From assembly GCA_900545495.1 (NCBI GenBank), contig UQZJ01000001.1, positions 22,727 through 86,726 of the forward strand: DNA of 64,000 nt, given 5' to 3'. This document shows positions 8,695 to 17,279 of the stretch, in pieces; position 1 is the first letter of the stretch, and each line of letters starts with the position of its first letter. The notes beneath the pieces were generated by a model. The model ran no database searches. It was given only the letters and a program-made list of their open reading frames with translations, and was not told the origin of the DNA. The position numbers and the translations under genes were made by a program. This stretch comes from an uncultured Eubacteriales bacterium (lineage in GTDB: Bacteria; Bacillota; Clostridia; Oscillospirales; Oscillospiraceae).

Positions 8695-8923
8695 CCTGCC
8701 TTTATCACATATTGGTAAAGCGGTGTGGAAATACCCGCTGATTTACATAATAATAATCATTGACAGTATACCATCGGTTTTTGCCGTTGTCTACAAAAAA
8801 TACGGCGGAAACACAAAAAATACGAAAAATTTGTCGGGCAAACCACAACATTTGGGTAGAAATATCGCAGAAAATGTCGTATAATGACCGGCACAAGCCC
8901 AAAACGAACAAGGAGAATTCATT
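8695..8923. promoter_or_regulatory. AT-rich divergent intergenic/promoter region between the dockerin-protein gene and the DUF4015 gene
   Basis: GC drops sharply here. On the minus strand there is an extended -10 (TGgTATACT, plus coordinates 8765-8773) upstream of the dockerin gene. TATAAT-like elements lie upstream of the plus-strand gene. The small ORFs in this region look spurious. Confidence 0.5.
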
Positions 8924-10606
8924 ATGTCAACAAAGGAAAGAACCGGCAGCGCCGGCCGCACCGTGGGGATCGTCATCATCCTGCTGTGTCTGGCAGGTCT
9001 GGTCTGCCTGGGTATATACCTATACCGGCAGCAGCTGCCGCCGCCCCGACCCGAGACCGCCATCGGCTATGTGGCCTCGGATGCCTCCTCCGCGCCGGTG
9101 TATGACGCCGACAGCGGCGAGATGCTGGGCGTACTGGTGCGGGGCAGTCAGGTGGCCTATGTACCCGCAGATCTGGAGCAGCCCCGGGAGGACGGGCGCG
9201 TGCGCATCGTCAACGGGGAGGACAGCTATGTGCTGCTGGACGCGGCGCGTCTGACCGACGACCCCACCAAGACGGTGCAGGTGGATATCGTGTACGCCCT
9301 GCGGGGCATGAGCCTGCTGGATGAGACGGGCGCCGTCCCCGGCTGCGCCGTGGAAAAGGGCATGGCGTTGACGGTCATCGGCTTTGACGGACTGGATGAG
9401 GACGGCAATGTGCTGCGCTGGAAGGTCTCCTGCGACCGGGGCGAGGGCTACATCGCCGACGCCAACATCCGCATGACGGAGCCGGAGGCGCAGGCCCAGT
9501 ACGACGAGGCGCTGTACCAACTCCACGCCGCGCGGGGCGATAGCTGGGGCGGCGGCGACGCGGCGGGGCTGGACTACTTCCCGGTGGAAAAGGGCCCCAT
9601 CGCAGGCAACGATATGCCCGACGAGGTGCGGGCGCTGTACCTCAACGGCTCTGCCGTCCAGTACGCGGACAACTACCTCCGGGTGGCGGAGGGCAGCGGC
9701 GTCAATGCCTTTGTGGTGGACATCGTGGACGGCACCGCGGTGTCCTACGCCTCGCCGGTGATGCAGCAGTACAGTCCCTCCGCCTACGCGGCGGCCATGG
9801 ATACCATGGAGGGCTTCCGCGCCAACGTGCAGAAGCTGAAGGACGCGGGCTACTATCTGATCGGACGCATCACCGTGTTCAACGACGCTCATCTGGCGGC
9901 GGATCACCCGGAATATGTGATTTCCGACCTCGACGGCACACCGCTGAAGATCAGCTCCATGTACTGGCCCAGCGCCTACAACCGCACGGTTTGGCAATAT
10001 AAGGTGGATCTGGCGCTGGAGGCGGCGTCTCTCGGCTTCAACGAGATCCAGTTCGACTACATCCGCTTCCCCGATGGGGCGTACCGCTATGAGAAAGCCG
10101 GCACCATCGACTACCGCAACACCTACGGCGAGAGCAAGGCGCAGGCGGTGCAGCGCTTCCTGCTGTATGCGGCGGAGCGGCTCCACGGCGCGGGGTACTA
10201 TCTGTCCGGCGATGTGTTCGGTGAGTGCGCCAACCCCTACGTCACCGCCTGTGGCCAGTACTGGCCCGCCATCAGCGCGGCGGTGGACGCCATTTCCGGT
10301 ATGCCCTACCCCGATCATTACAGCGCGCAGGGCGACTATAAGCCGTGGGAGCATCCCTACGACACGGTGCATATGTTCGGTGCATCGGCGGCGGAGCGGC
10401 AGAAGGAAACGGTTTCTCCCGCGGCGGTGCGCACATGGATCCAGGCGTACAACGCCCTCTGGGAGCCGTATAACACCTATGGCGCGGCGGAGATCGCCGC
10501 GGAGGTCAAGGCGCTGCGGGACACCGGCTGCACCGGCGGTTTCATGACGTGGAACGGCGGCTCGGACATCAACAAATACCAGAGCATCATCAGCGCCTTG
10601 CGCTGA
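8924..10606 (+). CDS. Membrane-anchored putative glycoside hydrolase (DUF4015 / GHL family; often annotated 'GTP-binding protein')
   Basis: AAGGAGA RBS. An N-terminal TM helix is followed by SH3-like beta segments, then a TIM-barrel-like region with the characteristic blocks NAFVVDIVDG and FNEIQFDYIRFPD. Confidence 0.65.
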   Translation: MSTKERTGSAGRTVGIVIILLCLAGLVCLGIYLYRQQLPPPRPETAIGYVASDASSAPVYDADSGEMLGVLVRGSQVAYVPADLEQPREDGRVRIVNGEDSYVLLDAARLTDDPTKTVQVDIVYALRGMSLLDETGAVPGCAVEKGMALTVIGFDGLDEDGNVLRWKVSCDRGEGYIADANIRMTEPEAQAQYDEALYQLHAARGDSWGGGDAAGLDYFPVEKGPIAGNDMPDEVRALYLNGSAVQYADNYLRVAEGSGVNAFVVDIVDGTAVSYASPVMQQYSPSAYAAAMDTMEGFRANVQKLKDAGYYLIGRITVFNDAHLAADHPEYVISDLDGTPLKISSMYWPSAYNRTVWQYKVDLALEAASLGFNEIQFDYIRFPDGAYRYEKAGTIDYRNTYGESKAQAVQRFLLYAAERLHGAGYYLSGDVFGECANPYVTACGQYWPAISAAVDAISGMPYPDHYSAQGDYKPWEHPYDTVHMFGASAAERQKETVSPAAVRTWIQAYNALWEPYNTYGAAEIAAEVKALRDTGCTGGFMTWNGGSDINKYQSIISALR

Positions 10607-10655
10607 ACGCACAAGGAGGGACGCGCCGGGCGCGTCCCTCCTTGATTTATGCCAG

Positions 10656-11669
10656 CTATCCCAGCCGGGCCACTGCCGCCTCCGCAAAGCTGTTGTCCAC
10701 CAGCTGTTCAAAGTCCACCCAGTCGGATCTTTGCAGCTCGCCGGCCTCGGTCATCACCGTCTCCAGCCGCTCCAGCGCGGACTGCTGCATCATGGGTACG
10801 GTGTTCCACGCGTCGATCTGCCGGTGGCGGGCGGTGACGGCCTCCAGCACGTCGAGGGCCGTGTCGGGGAACTGCTCGCAGATGGCCTCCGCCACCTCCC
10901 GGTCGGTGTGCTCAGTGATCCACCGCTGCGCCCGGGCAATGGCGTTAGCGAAGCCCTGCACCACGTCGGGGTGGGCCTCCATATAGCTCTGGCTGGCAAA
11001 ATAGGCGGTATAGGGGATCTCGCCGGACTCCTCCCCGATGGAACAGAGGACATAGCCGTGTCCGGCCCGCTCCACCTCGGTGGCAGTGGGCTCAAACAGC
11101 GTCACATAGTCCCCCTGCCCGCCGGTAAAGGCGCCTGCCATCATGTTGAACTGCACGGAGGTGTCCACCACCGCGTCCACCTGCGGAACGACGCCGTTCT
11201 GCTTCATCACATACTCCAGCGTCATCTCCGGCACGCCGCCCTTGCGGCCGCCGATGACCGTACAGCCCCGCAGATCGTCCCACGAGAAGCTGCCGCCGGT
11301 GCGTCCCACCAGAAACGAGCCGTCCCGCTTGGTGAGCTGGGCGAAGATCACCGGGTGATCGTCCTTGCCCTGGTTATAAATGTAGATGCAGCTCTCCGGC
11401 CCTGCCAAGCCGATATCGGCGCTGCCGGACACCACGGCGGTCATGACCTTATCCGCGCCGCCGCCGTTGGTCAGCTCCACCTCCAGTCCCTCGTCGGCAA
11501 AGAACCCCTGCTTCATGGCCACATACTGCGGCGCATAGAATACGGAGTGGGTCACCTCGTTGAGCCGGACGGTGACGGACGCGGCCTGCTCTCCGCCGCT
11601 GCCGCAGCCGGTGAGCAGCACCGGCAGCAGCAGGGCGGCGAGACAGAAAAATGTCAGCAGTTTCTTCAT
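10656..11669 (-). CDS. ABC transporter substrate-binding lipoprotein (NMT1/THI5 - SsuA/TauA family)
   Basis: Lipoprotein signal MKKLLTFFCLAALLLPVLLTGC. The start codon overlaps the permease stop (ATGA). The long upstream in-frame extension in the ORF track is spurious because it overlaps the permease gene. Confidence 0.8.
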   Translation of the reverse strand: MKKLLTFFCLAALLLPVLLTGCGSGGEQAASVTVRLNEVTHSVFYAPQYVAMKQGFFADEGLEVELTNGGGADKVMTAVVSGSADIGLAGPESCIYIYNQGKDDHPVIFAQLTKRDGSFLVGRTGGSFSWDDLRGCTVIGGRKGGVPEMTLEYVMKQNGVVPQVDAVVDTSVQFNMMAGAFTGGQGDYVTLFEPTATEVERAGHGYVLCSIGEESGEIPYTAYFASQSYMEAHPDVVQGFANAIARAQRWITEHTDREVAEAICEQFPDTALDVLEAVTARHRQIDAWNTVPMMQQSALERLETVMTEAGELQRSDWVDFEQLVDNSFAEAAVARLG

Positions 11670-12481
11670 GCTCGTACCCCCCAATAATGATTCAAAAATT
11701 TTTCTCCCCGCAGCACCAGCAGGTACATCAGCACCGCCGCAGCCGCCAGGATCAGCACGCTGGTCATCACCAGATCCATGTTGAACACCTGCGAGCCGTA
11801 GACGATGAGATAGCCCAGACCGGCACGCGAAACAAGAAACTCGCCCATGATAACGCCCACCCACGAAAGGCCCACATTCACCTTCAGTGTGGAGAACAGG
11901 GTGGGACAGTTGGCGGGAAACACCAGCATCCACAGGATCTGACGCCGCGTGGCTCCCAGCGTGCGCATCAGGCGCACCTTCTCCGGGTCGGTGGCACGGA
12001 AGCCCGTGTACATATTCAGGATCGTCACGATCAGCGAAATGGCCAGCGTCATGGTGACGATGGCTCCCGTACCAGCGCCCATCCAGACGATGAAGATAGG
12101 CCCCAGCGCCGTTTTCGGCAGGGCGTTCAGCACCACCAGATAGGGGTCGAGGATACGCGCCGTCGTGTCCGACCACCACATCAGCACCGCCACCGCCGTA
12201 CCCAGCAGCGTTCCAACGGTGAAGCCCGCCACCGTCTCCAGACAGGACACGCCGATGTGGCGCCATAGCTGTCCGGAACGGCACAGCGACCAGAACGTGG
12301 CCGCCATGCGGCTGGGGCAGCTGACCAGAAATCCGTCGGACAGCCCGGCGCGGCAGCTCAGCTCCCAGAAGCCGAACAGCCCGACCAGCAGCGCGATCTG
12401 CCAGATGCGGATGCGGCGCTTCTGCCGCCGGACGCCGGCCAGATACGCCAGCCGGCGCGGAGACAGCGGGATATCAGCCAT
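11666..12481 (-). CDS. ABC transporter permease (BPD_transp_1; SsuC/TauC-like)
   Basis: Six TM helices with the EAA-like loop ...ATDPEKVRLMRTLGATRRQ.... Overlaps both neighbouring genes in operon fashion. Start is Met at 12481 or 12487. Confidence 0.8.
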   Translation of the reverse strand: MADIPLSPRRLAYLAGVRRQKRRIRIWQIALLVGLFGFWELSCRAGLSDGFLVSCPSRMAATFWSLCRSGQLWRHIGVSCLETVAGFTVGTLLGTAVAVLMWWSDTTARILDPYLVVLNALPKTALGPIFIVWMGAGTGAIVTMTLAISLIVTILNMYTGFRATDPEKVRLMRTLGATRRQILWMLVFPANCPTLFSTLKVNVGLSWVGVIMGEFLVSRAGLGYLIVYGSQVFNMDLVMTSVLILAAAAVLMYLLVLRGEKFLNHYWGVRA

Positions 12482-13232
12482 GCACATCCAGCTCCTTCCA
12501 TATCAGATCGAAATACCGGTGGAATTCCGGCGTATTCCGCCGCTCCAGCGGCGGCAGTCCCCGCAGCGGCCCCATATCCAGTACCGTTTTCACCACGGCG
12601 GGGCGGGCGGACAGCACCACCACCCGGTCGGACATACTCACCGCCTCCGCGATGTCGTGGGTCACCAGCAAGGCGGTCTTGCCCTCCTGTCGGATGATGC
12701 GCCAGATATCCGCCGACACCGCAAGGCGGGTCTGATAGTCCAGCGCGGAAAACGGCTCATCCAGCAGCAGGATCTCCGGATCGGTGGCCAGCGTGCGGAT
12801 CAGCGCACAACGCTGCCGCATTCCGCCGGACAGCTGGCAGGGACGCTTTTTGGCAAAGCCCGCCAGTTCATAGCGCGCCAGCAGCTCCGCCACATGGTCG
12901 TAGGCGGCGCTCCCTCTCTCTCGCTGCACCGCCAGACCCAGCGTCACGTTGTCCCAGATGCTTTTCCACTCAAACAGCTGATCCCGCTGTGGCATGAATC
13001 CCACGCGGCGGGACGGCCCTGTTACGGGTACGCCCGCTACCTCGACGGTGCCGCCGGACAGCGTCTCCAGCCCGGCGATGGCGCCCAGCAGCGTGGATTT
13101 GCCGCAGCCGGACGGCCCCACCAGGCTGACAAACTCCCCCTGCGCCACGTCAAAGGATACGTCGCGTACCGCCTCCACCTCCCCGTCGGGGGCCTGATAG
13201 CAGGCGGCAGCATGACGGAGATGTATACTCAT
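12474..13232 (-). CDS. ABC transporter ATP-binding protein (nitrate/sulfonate/bicarbonate type)
   Basis: Walker A GPSGCGKST, signature LSGGMRQR, Walker B LLLDEPFSALD, H-loop VTHD. Confidence 0.9.
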   Translation of the reverse strand: MSIHLRHAAACYQAPDGEVEAVRDVSFDVAQGEFVSLVGPSGCGKSTLLGAIAGLETLSGGTVEVAGVPVTGPSRRVGFMPQRDQLFEWKSIWDNVTLGLAVQRERGSAAYDHVAELLARYELAGFAKKRPCQLSGGMRQRCALIRTLATDPEILLLDEPFSALDYQTRLAVSADIWRIIRQEGKTALLVTHDIAEAVSMSDRVVVLSARPAVVKTVLDMGPLRGLPPLERRNTPEFHRYFDLIWKELDVHG

Positions 13233-13339
13233 TAGACCTGTGACCTCCTGTCACAAAAAATATGGAGAATCCCTCTCCGTTCCCATTCTATGCCGGACAG
13301 CGCCGGTGGTGCGTGCGCCGCAGTCACTGAAATTTTCTG

Positions 13340-13368
13340 TTGACAAATCCAGACGGCGGTGCTATAAC
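13340..13368 (+). promoter_or_regulatory. Sigma-A type promoter upstream of the cysK leader
   Basis: TTGACA (13340-13345), 17-nt spacer, TATAAC (13363-13368). Confidence 0.6.
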
Positions 13369-13417
13369 GTATTAAACCTACCAAACGGGTAGTAAATTGT
13401 CAAAAGGAGGGCATACC

Positions 13418-13504
13418 ATGGGGACGCAGCGCCGCGCAGACCATACAGACTTTCGATGTTGCGAGGGCAGCAGCTGTCCCGCACACGGGTGCGCCATACG
13501 ATAA
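13418..13504 (+). CDS. Candidate leader mini-ORF (28 codons, 4 Cys) in the cysK 5' leader
   Basis: AAAGGAGG lies 7 nt upstream of the ATG. The ORF encodes MGTQRRADHTDFRCCEGSSCPAHGCAIR. Its stop is 24 nt before the cysK RBS. No homology claim can be made. Confidence 0.3.
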   Translation: MGTQRRADHTDFRCCEGSSCPAHGCAIR

Positions 13505-13540
13505 AAGTAACGTAATGTGATACCGAAAAGGAGGATCTGT

Positions 13541-14473
13541 ATGTCCCGTATCTATACATCTGCTGACCAGCTGATCGGCCGGACGCCGCTGCTGGAGCTG
13601 ACCCATATTGAAAAGAAATTCGGCCTGAACGCCCGTATCCTCGCCAAGCTGGAGTATTTCAACCCCGGCGGCAGTGTAAAGGACCGGGTGGCGCTGGCCA
13701 TGATCGACGATGCCGAGGCCAAGGGAGCCTTGAAGCCCGGCAGCGTCATCATCGAGCCCACCTCCGGCAATACCGGCATCGGCCTTGCCTCCGTGGCGGC
13801 AGCACGGGGCTACCGCATCATCATTGTCATGCCGGAGACGATGAGCGTGGAGCGCCGCCAGCTCATGAATGCCTATGGCGCGGAGCTGGTGCTCACCGAG
13901 GGTGCCAAGGGCATGAAGGGCGCTATCGCCAAGGCCGAGGAGCTGGCTAAGGAGATCCCCGGCAGCTTCGTCCCCGGCCAATTCGTCAATCCCGCCAACC
14001 CCAAGGCGCATTTTGAGACCACCGGCCCGGAGATCTGGGCGGACACCGACGGGCAGGTGGACTATTTCGTGGCGGGCGTAGGCACCGGCGGCACCGTCAC
14101 CGGCGTGGGGCGGTATCTGAAGTCTCAAAACGCCGCCGTAAAGGTGGTGGCGGTGGAACCGAAGGCCTCCGCCGTGCTGTCCACCGGCGTGGCGGGCGCT
14201 CACAAGATCCAGGGCATCGGCGCGGGGTTCGTGCCGGAGGTGCTGGACACGGCGGTATACGACGAGATCATCGCCGTGGCGGACGAGGACGCCTTCCGGC
14301 TGGGCCGGGAGCTGGGCCGCAGCGAGGGCGTGCTGGTGGGTATCTCCTCCGGCGCGGCGCTGTGGGCGGCCATCGAGCTTGCCAAGCGCCCGGAGAACGC
14401 GGGCAAGACCATTGTGGCGCTGCTGCCGGACACCGGCGACCGTTATCTGTCCACACCGCTGTTCGCAGACTGA
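13541..14473 (+). CDS. cysK: Cysteine synthase A (O-acetylserine sulfhydrylase)
   Basis: AAAGGAGG RBS. PLP lysine region [15 protein letters not shown], and glycine loop GVGTGGT. Full-length, about 310 aa. Confidence 0.95.
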   Translation: MSRIYTSADQLIGRTPLLELTHIEKKFGLNARILAKLEYFNPGGSVKDRVALAMIDDAEAKGALKPGSVIIEPTSGNTGIGLASVAAARGYRIIIVMPETMSVERRQLMNAYGAELVLTEGAKGMKGAIAKAEELAKEIPGSFVPGQFVNPANPKAHFETTGPEIWADTDGQVDYFVAGVGTGGTVTGVGRYLKSQNAAVKVVAVEPKASAVLSTGVAGAHKIQGIGAGFVPEVLDTAVYDEIIAVADEDAFRLGRELGRSEGVLVGISSGAALWAAIELAKRPENAGKTIVALLPDTGDRYLSTPLFAD

Positions 14474-14484
14474 ACCAAGCGAGA

Positions 14485-14514
14485 AGAACGGAGCCCTTCG
14501 GCTCCGTTCTTTTG
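14485..14514 (+). terminator. Rho-independent terminator after cysK
   Basis: AGAACGGAGCC-cttc-GGCTCCGTTCT followed by TTTTG. Confidence 0.8.
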
Positions 14515-14528
14515 CGTCTTTTGCCGCC

Positions 14529-14557
14529 TTGACAGCGCCGGTCTGACGGATTATGAT
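14529..14557 (+). promoter_or_regulatory. Sigma-A type promoter for pyk
   Basis: TTGACA, 17-nt spacer, TATGAT. Confidence 0.6.
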
Positions 14558-14671
14558 GCAGTTACGCGGGCGCACAGGTTTTTTTCTTGCCGCCGCCGGC
14601 GAATACTGCTAAAATAAGGATATATCCTATGCAAAGCAAACGCTTTCCCACGTTGAAAAGGAGTTCATGAT

Positions 14672-16411
14672 ATGAGAAAAACGAAGATCGTTTGTACACT
14701 CGGCCCCGCCACCGACAAGGAGGGCGTGCTGCGGGAGATGATGCTCTCGGGCATGAACGTGGCCCGGTTCAACTTCTCCCACGGCACCCATTCGGAGCAT
14801 AAGGTGCGGCTGGACGCCGTCAAGGCCCTGCGGGAGGAGCTGGATCTGCCGGTGGCGGCCATGCTGGACACCAAGGGGCCGGAGGTGCGGCTGCGCAACT
14901 TCAAAAACGGCTCCGTGGAGCTGGCCGCCGGGCAGGCCTTCACCCTGACCACCGAGGACGTGGAGGGCGACGAGACGGGCTGCGCCATCACCTACCCCCA
15001 GCTGCCGCAGGATGTGAACGCCGGAGACACCATCCTGCTGGATGACGGGCTGGTGCGCCTGACGGTGCTGGAGACGACGGCCAAGACCATCCGCTGCCGG
15101 GTGGAGAACAGCGGCGTCATGAAGAATCACAAGGGCGTCAACGTACCCGGCGTGTCCCTGTCCATGCCCTACATGAGCCAGCAGGACAAGGACGACATCC
15201 TGTTCGGTGTAGAGCAGGGCTTCGACTTCATCGCCGCCAGCTTTGTCCGCTGCGCCGCCGATGTCCGGGAGATCCGCCGCGTGCTGAATGCCGCCCACTC
15301 CCGTATCCGCATCATCGCCAAGATCGAAAATCAGGAGGGCGTCAGCAACCTGCGGGAGATCCTGGCCGAGGCGGACGGCGTCATGGTGGCTCGCGGCGAC
15401 ATGGGCGTGGAGATCGACTTTACGGAGATCCCCGCCATCCAGAAGGACATGATCGCCCAGTGCGTGGCCTGCGGCAAGCCGGTCATCACCGCCACCCAGA
15501 TGCTGGACTCCATGGTCGAAAATCCCCGGCCCACCCGTGCCGAGATCACCGACGTGGCCAACGCCATCTATGACGGCACCAGCGCCATCATGCTCTCCGG
15601 CGAGACGGCGGCGGGCAAGTACCCGGTGGAGGCGGTAAAGACCATGGACGCCATCGCCCGCAAGACCGAGAGCAACATCGACTGCTCCCGCGGGACGGTA
15701 CCGCCCTCCCGCACTCATCTGTCTGTGACGGCTGCCACCGCCCACGCCGCCTGCACCACGGCGGCGGATATCGGCGCCGACGCCATCCTCACCGTCAGTC
15801 AGGGGGGCATCACCGCCCAGATGGTCAGCCGGTTCCGTCCGGAGGCCACGGTGGTGGCGCTGCTGCTGGATCCCCAGATCCGCCGCCAGATGGCGCTGTA
15901 CTGGGGTCTTGTCCCCATCATGATGGAGCGGGCGGACAGCACCGACGAGCTGGTGCATTCCGCCATTGACACGGCGGAGCAGGCGGGGCTTATCAAGCAC
16001 GGCGATCTGGTGGTGGTCACCGCCGGCGTACCCGTGGGCGTGTCCGGCACCACCAACATGATCCGCATCGAGCAGGTGGGCGGCGCGCTGGTCAACGGCA
16101 CCGGCATCGGCGACGAGACAGCCTCCGGCCCACTGTGCGTCTGCCGCACGCCGGAGGAGGTGGCGGGGAAGTTCCGCCCCGGCGATGTGCTGGTGGTACC
16201 CTACACCAACAATGAGCTGCTGCCCTACATGAAGGAGGCGGCGGCTGTCATCAGCGAGGAGATCAGCGCCGAGGGGCATACGGCCACGGTGGGTCTGCTG
16301 CTGCACAAGCCGGTGATCATCGGCGCGGTGCAGGCTACCCGGCGCTTGCAGGACGGCGTGACGGTGTCCGTGGATTGTTCCCGGGGCATCGTACAGATCA
16401 TGCCGCAGTAA
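14672..16411 (+). CDS. pyk: Pyruvate kinase with C-terminal PEP-utilizer mobile domain
   Basis: MRKTKIVCTLGPA..., active-site region MVARGDMGVEI, and a Bacillus-type C-terminal extension (~100 aa). Confidence 0.95.
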   Translation: MRKTKIVCTLGPATDKEGVLREMMLSGMNVARFNFSHGTHSEHKVRLDAVKALREELDLPVAAMLDTKGPEVRLRNFKNGSVELAAGQAFTLTTEDVEGDETGCAITYPQLPQDVNAGDTILLDDGLVRLTVLETTAKTIRCRVENSGVMKNHKGVNVPGVSLSMPYMSQQDKDDILFGVEQGFDFIAASFVRCAADVREIRRVLNAAHSRIRIIAKIENQEGVSNLREILAEADGVMVARGDMGVEIDFTEIPAIQKDMIAQCVACGKPVITATQMLDSMVENPRPTRAEITDVANAIYDGTSAIMLSGETAAGKYPVEAVKTMDAIARKTESNIDCSRGTVPPSRTHLSVTAATAHAACTTAADIGADAILTVSQGGITAQMVSRFRPEATVVALLLDPQIRRQMALYWGLVPIMMERADSTDELVHSAIDTAEQAGLIKHGDLVVVTAGVPVGVSGTTNMIRIEQVGGALVNGTGIGDETASGPLCVCRTPEEVAGKFRPGDVLVVPYTNNELLPYMKEAAAVISEEISAEGHTATVGLLLHKPVIIGAVQATRRLQDGVTVSVDCSRGIVQIMPQ

Positions 16412-16426
16412 AGGGAGGCGACAGCT

Positions 16427-17209
16427 ATGGTCATCGGATTTATCGGCTTGGGCAATATGGCCTCCGCCATGGTGCGGGGCATCGCGGCAGCGCAGCTGGA
16501 GGGCGTGACCCTCTGCGGCCACAATCCCCACCCGGAAAAGGCGAAGGAGCTGGTGGAACAGTGCGGTCTGCGGCTGCTGCCGTCCAATCAGGCGGTGCTG
16601 GATGCCAGCGACGTGGTGGTGCTGGCGGTAAAGCCCCAGATTTTGGAGGGAGTGCTGGCAGAGCTTGCGCCCCCGTCCGGCAGACTGTTCATATCCGTGG
16701 CGGCGGGCAAGGAGCTGGCGTGGCTGGAGGCCCGTCTGGGACAGGCGGCCATCATCCGTGTCATGCCCAACATCAATGCGGTGGTGGGCGCGTCCGTCAC
16801 CGGCTGGTGCGTCAACGATGCCGTCTCTGATGAGCAAAAGGCGCTGGCAGCCACGCTGCTTGGCACCTTCGGCACGGCGGTGGAGGTGCCGGAGAAATTC
16901 ATGGGCATCGTCAGCGCCATCGGCAGCGCCGCCCCTGCCTACACATACCTGTACATCAACGCGCTGGCGGAGGCGGCGGTACAGGCCGGTATGCCCAAGG
17001 GTATGGCGGTGGAGATCGCCGCCGCCATGGCGGAGGGCAGCGGCCGCATGGTGCGCCTGTCCGGCCAGCACCCGTGGGCGCTGATCGACCGGGTCACATC
17101 CCCCGGCGGCACCACGGTGGAGGGTCTGCTGGCGCTCCAGCAGGGCGGCTTTGAGTCCGCCGTTCACGCGGCGGTGCAGGCCGTGCTGAAAAAAGACAAG
17201 CGGATGTGA
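16427..17209 (+). CDS. proC: Pyrroline-5-carboxylate reductase
   Basis: N-terminal Rossmann motif IGFIGLGNMA and a P5CR dimerisation domain. AAAGGGAGG RBS. Confidence 0.9.
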   Translation: MVIGFIGLGNMASAMVRGIAAAQLEGVTLCGHNPHPEKAKELVEQCGLRLLPSNQAVLDASDVVVLAVKPQILEGVLAELAPPSGRLFISVAAGKELAWLEARLGQAAIIRVMPNINAVVGASVTGWCVNDAVSDEQKALAATLLGTFGTAVEVPEKFMGIVSAIGSAAPAYTYLYINALAEAAVQAGMPKGMAVEIAAAMAEGSGRMVRLSGQHPWALIDRVTSPGGTTVEGLLALQQGGFESAVHAAVQAVLKKDKRM

Positions 17210-17213
17210 AAAA

Positions 17214-17250
17214 ATGCCCCACGGCGAGTTTTTCCCTCGCCGCGGGGCAT
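17214..17250. terminator. Stem-loop terminator between proC and the choloylglycine hydrolase gene
   Basis: ATGCCCCACGGCGAG-tttttcc-CTCGCCGCGGGGCAT, 15-bp stem with one mismatch. Confidence 0.55.
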
Positions 17251-17279
17251 ACTGTGAAAAAAACAAAGGAGGCGGCGCC

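Noticed and set aside
8705-8911. 68-aa minus ORF and the 8597-8884 plus ORF in the AT-rich intergenic region
   Set aside because: Low-complexity translation of AT-rich promoter DNA, no RBS, and overlap with the divergent promoters.
10656-12284. 542-aa ORF extending the ABC substrate-binding protein upstream
   Set aside because: The extension overlaps the permease gene in another frame. The lipoprotein signal and the ATGA overlap define the true start at 11669.
13400-14575. 391-aa minus ORF across the cysK leader and gene
   Set aside because: Antisense to cysK.
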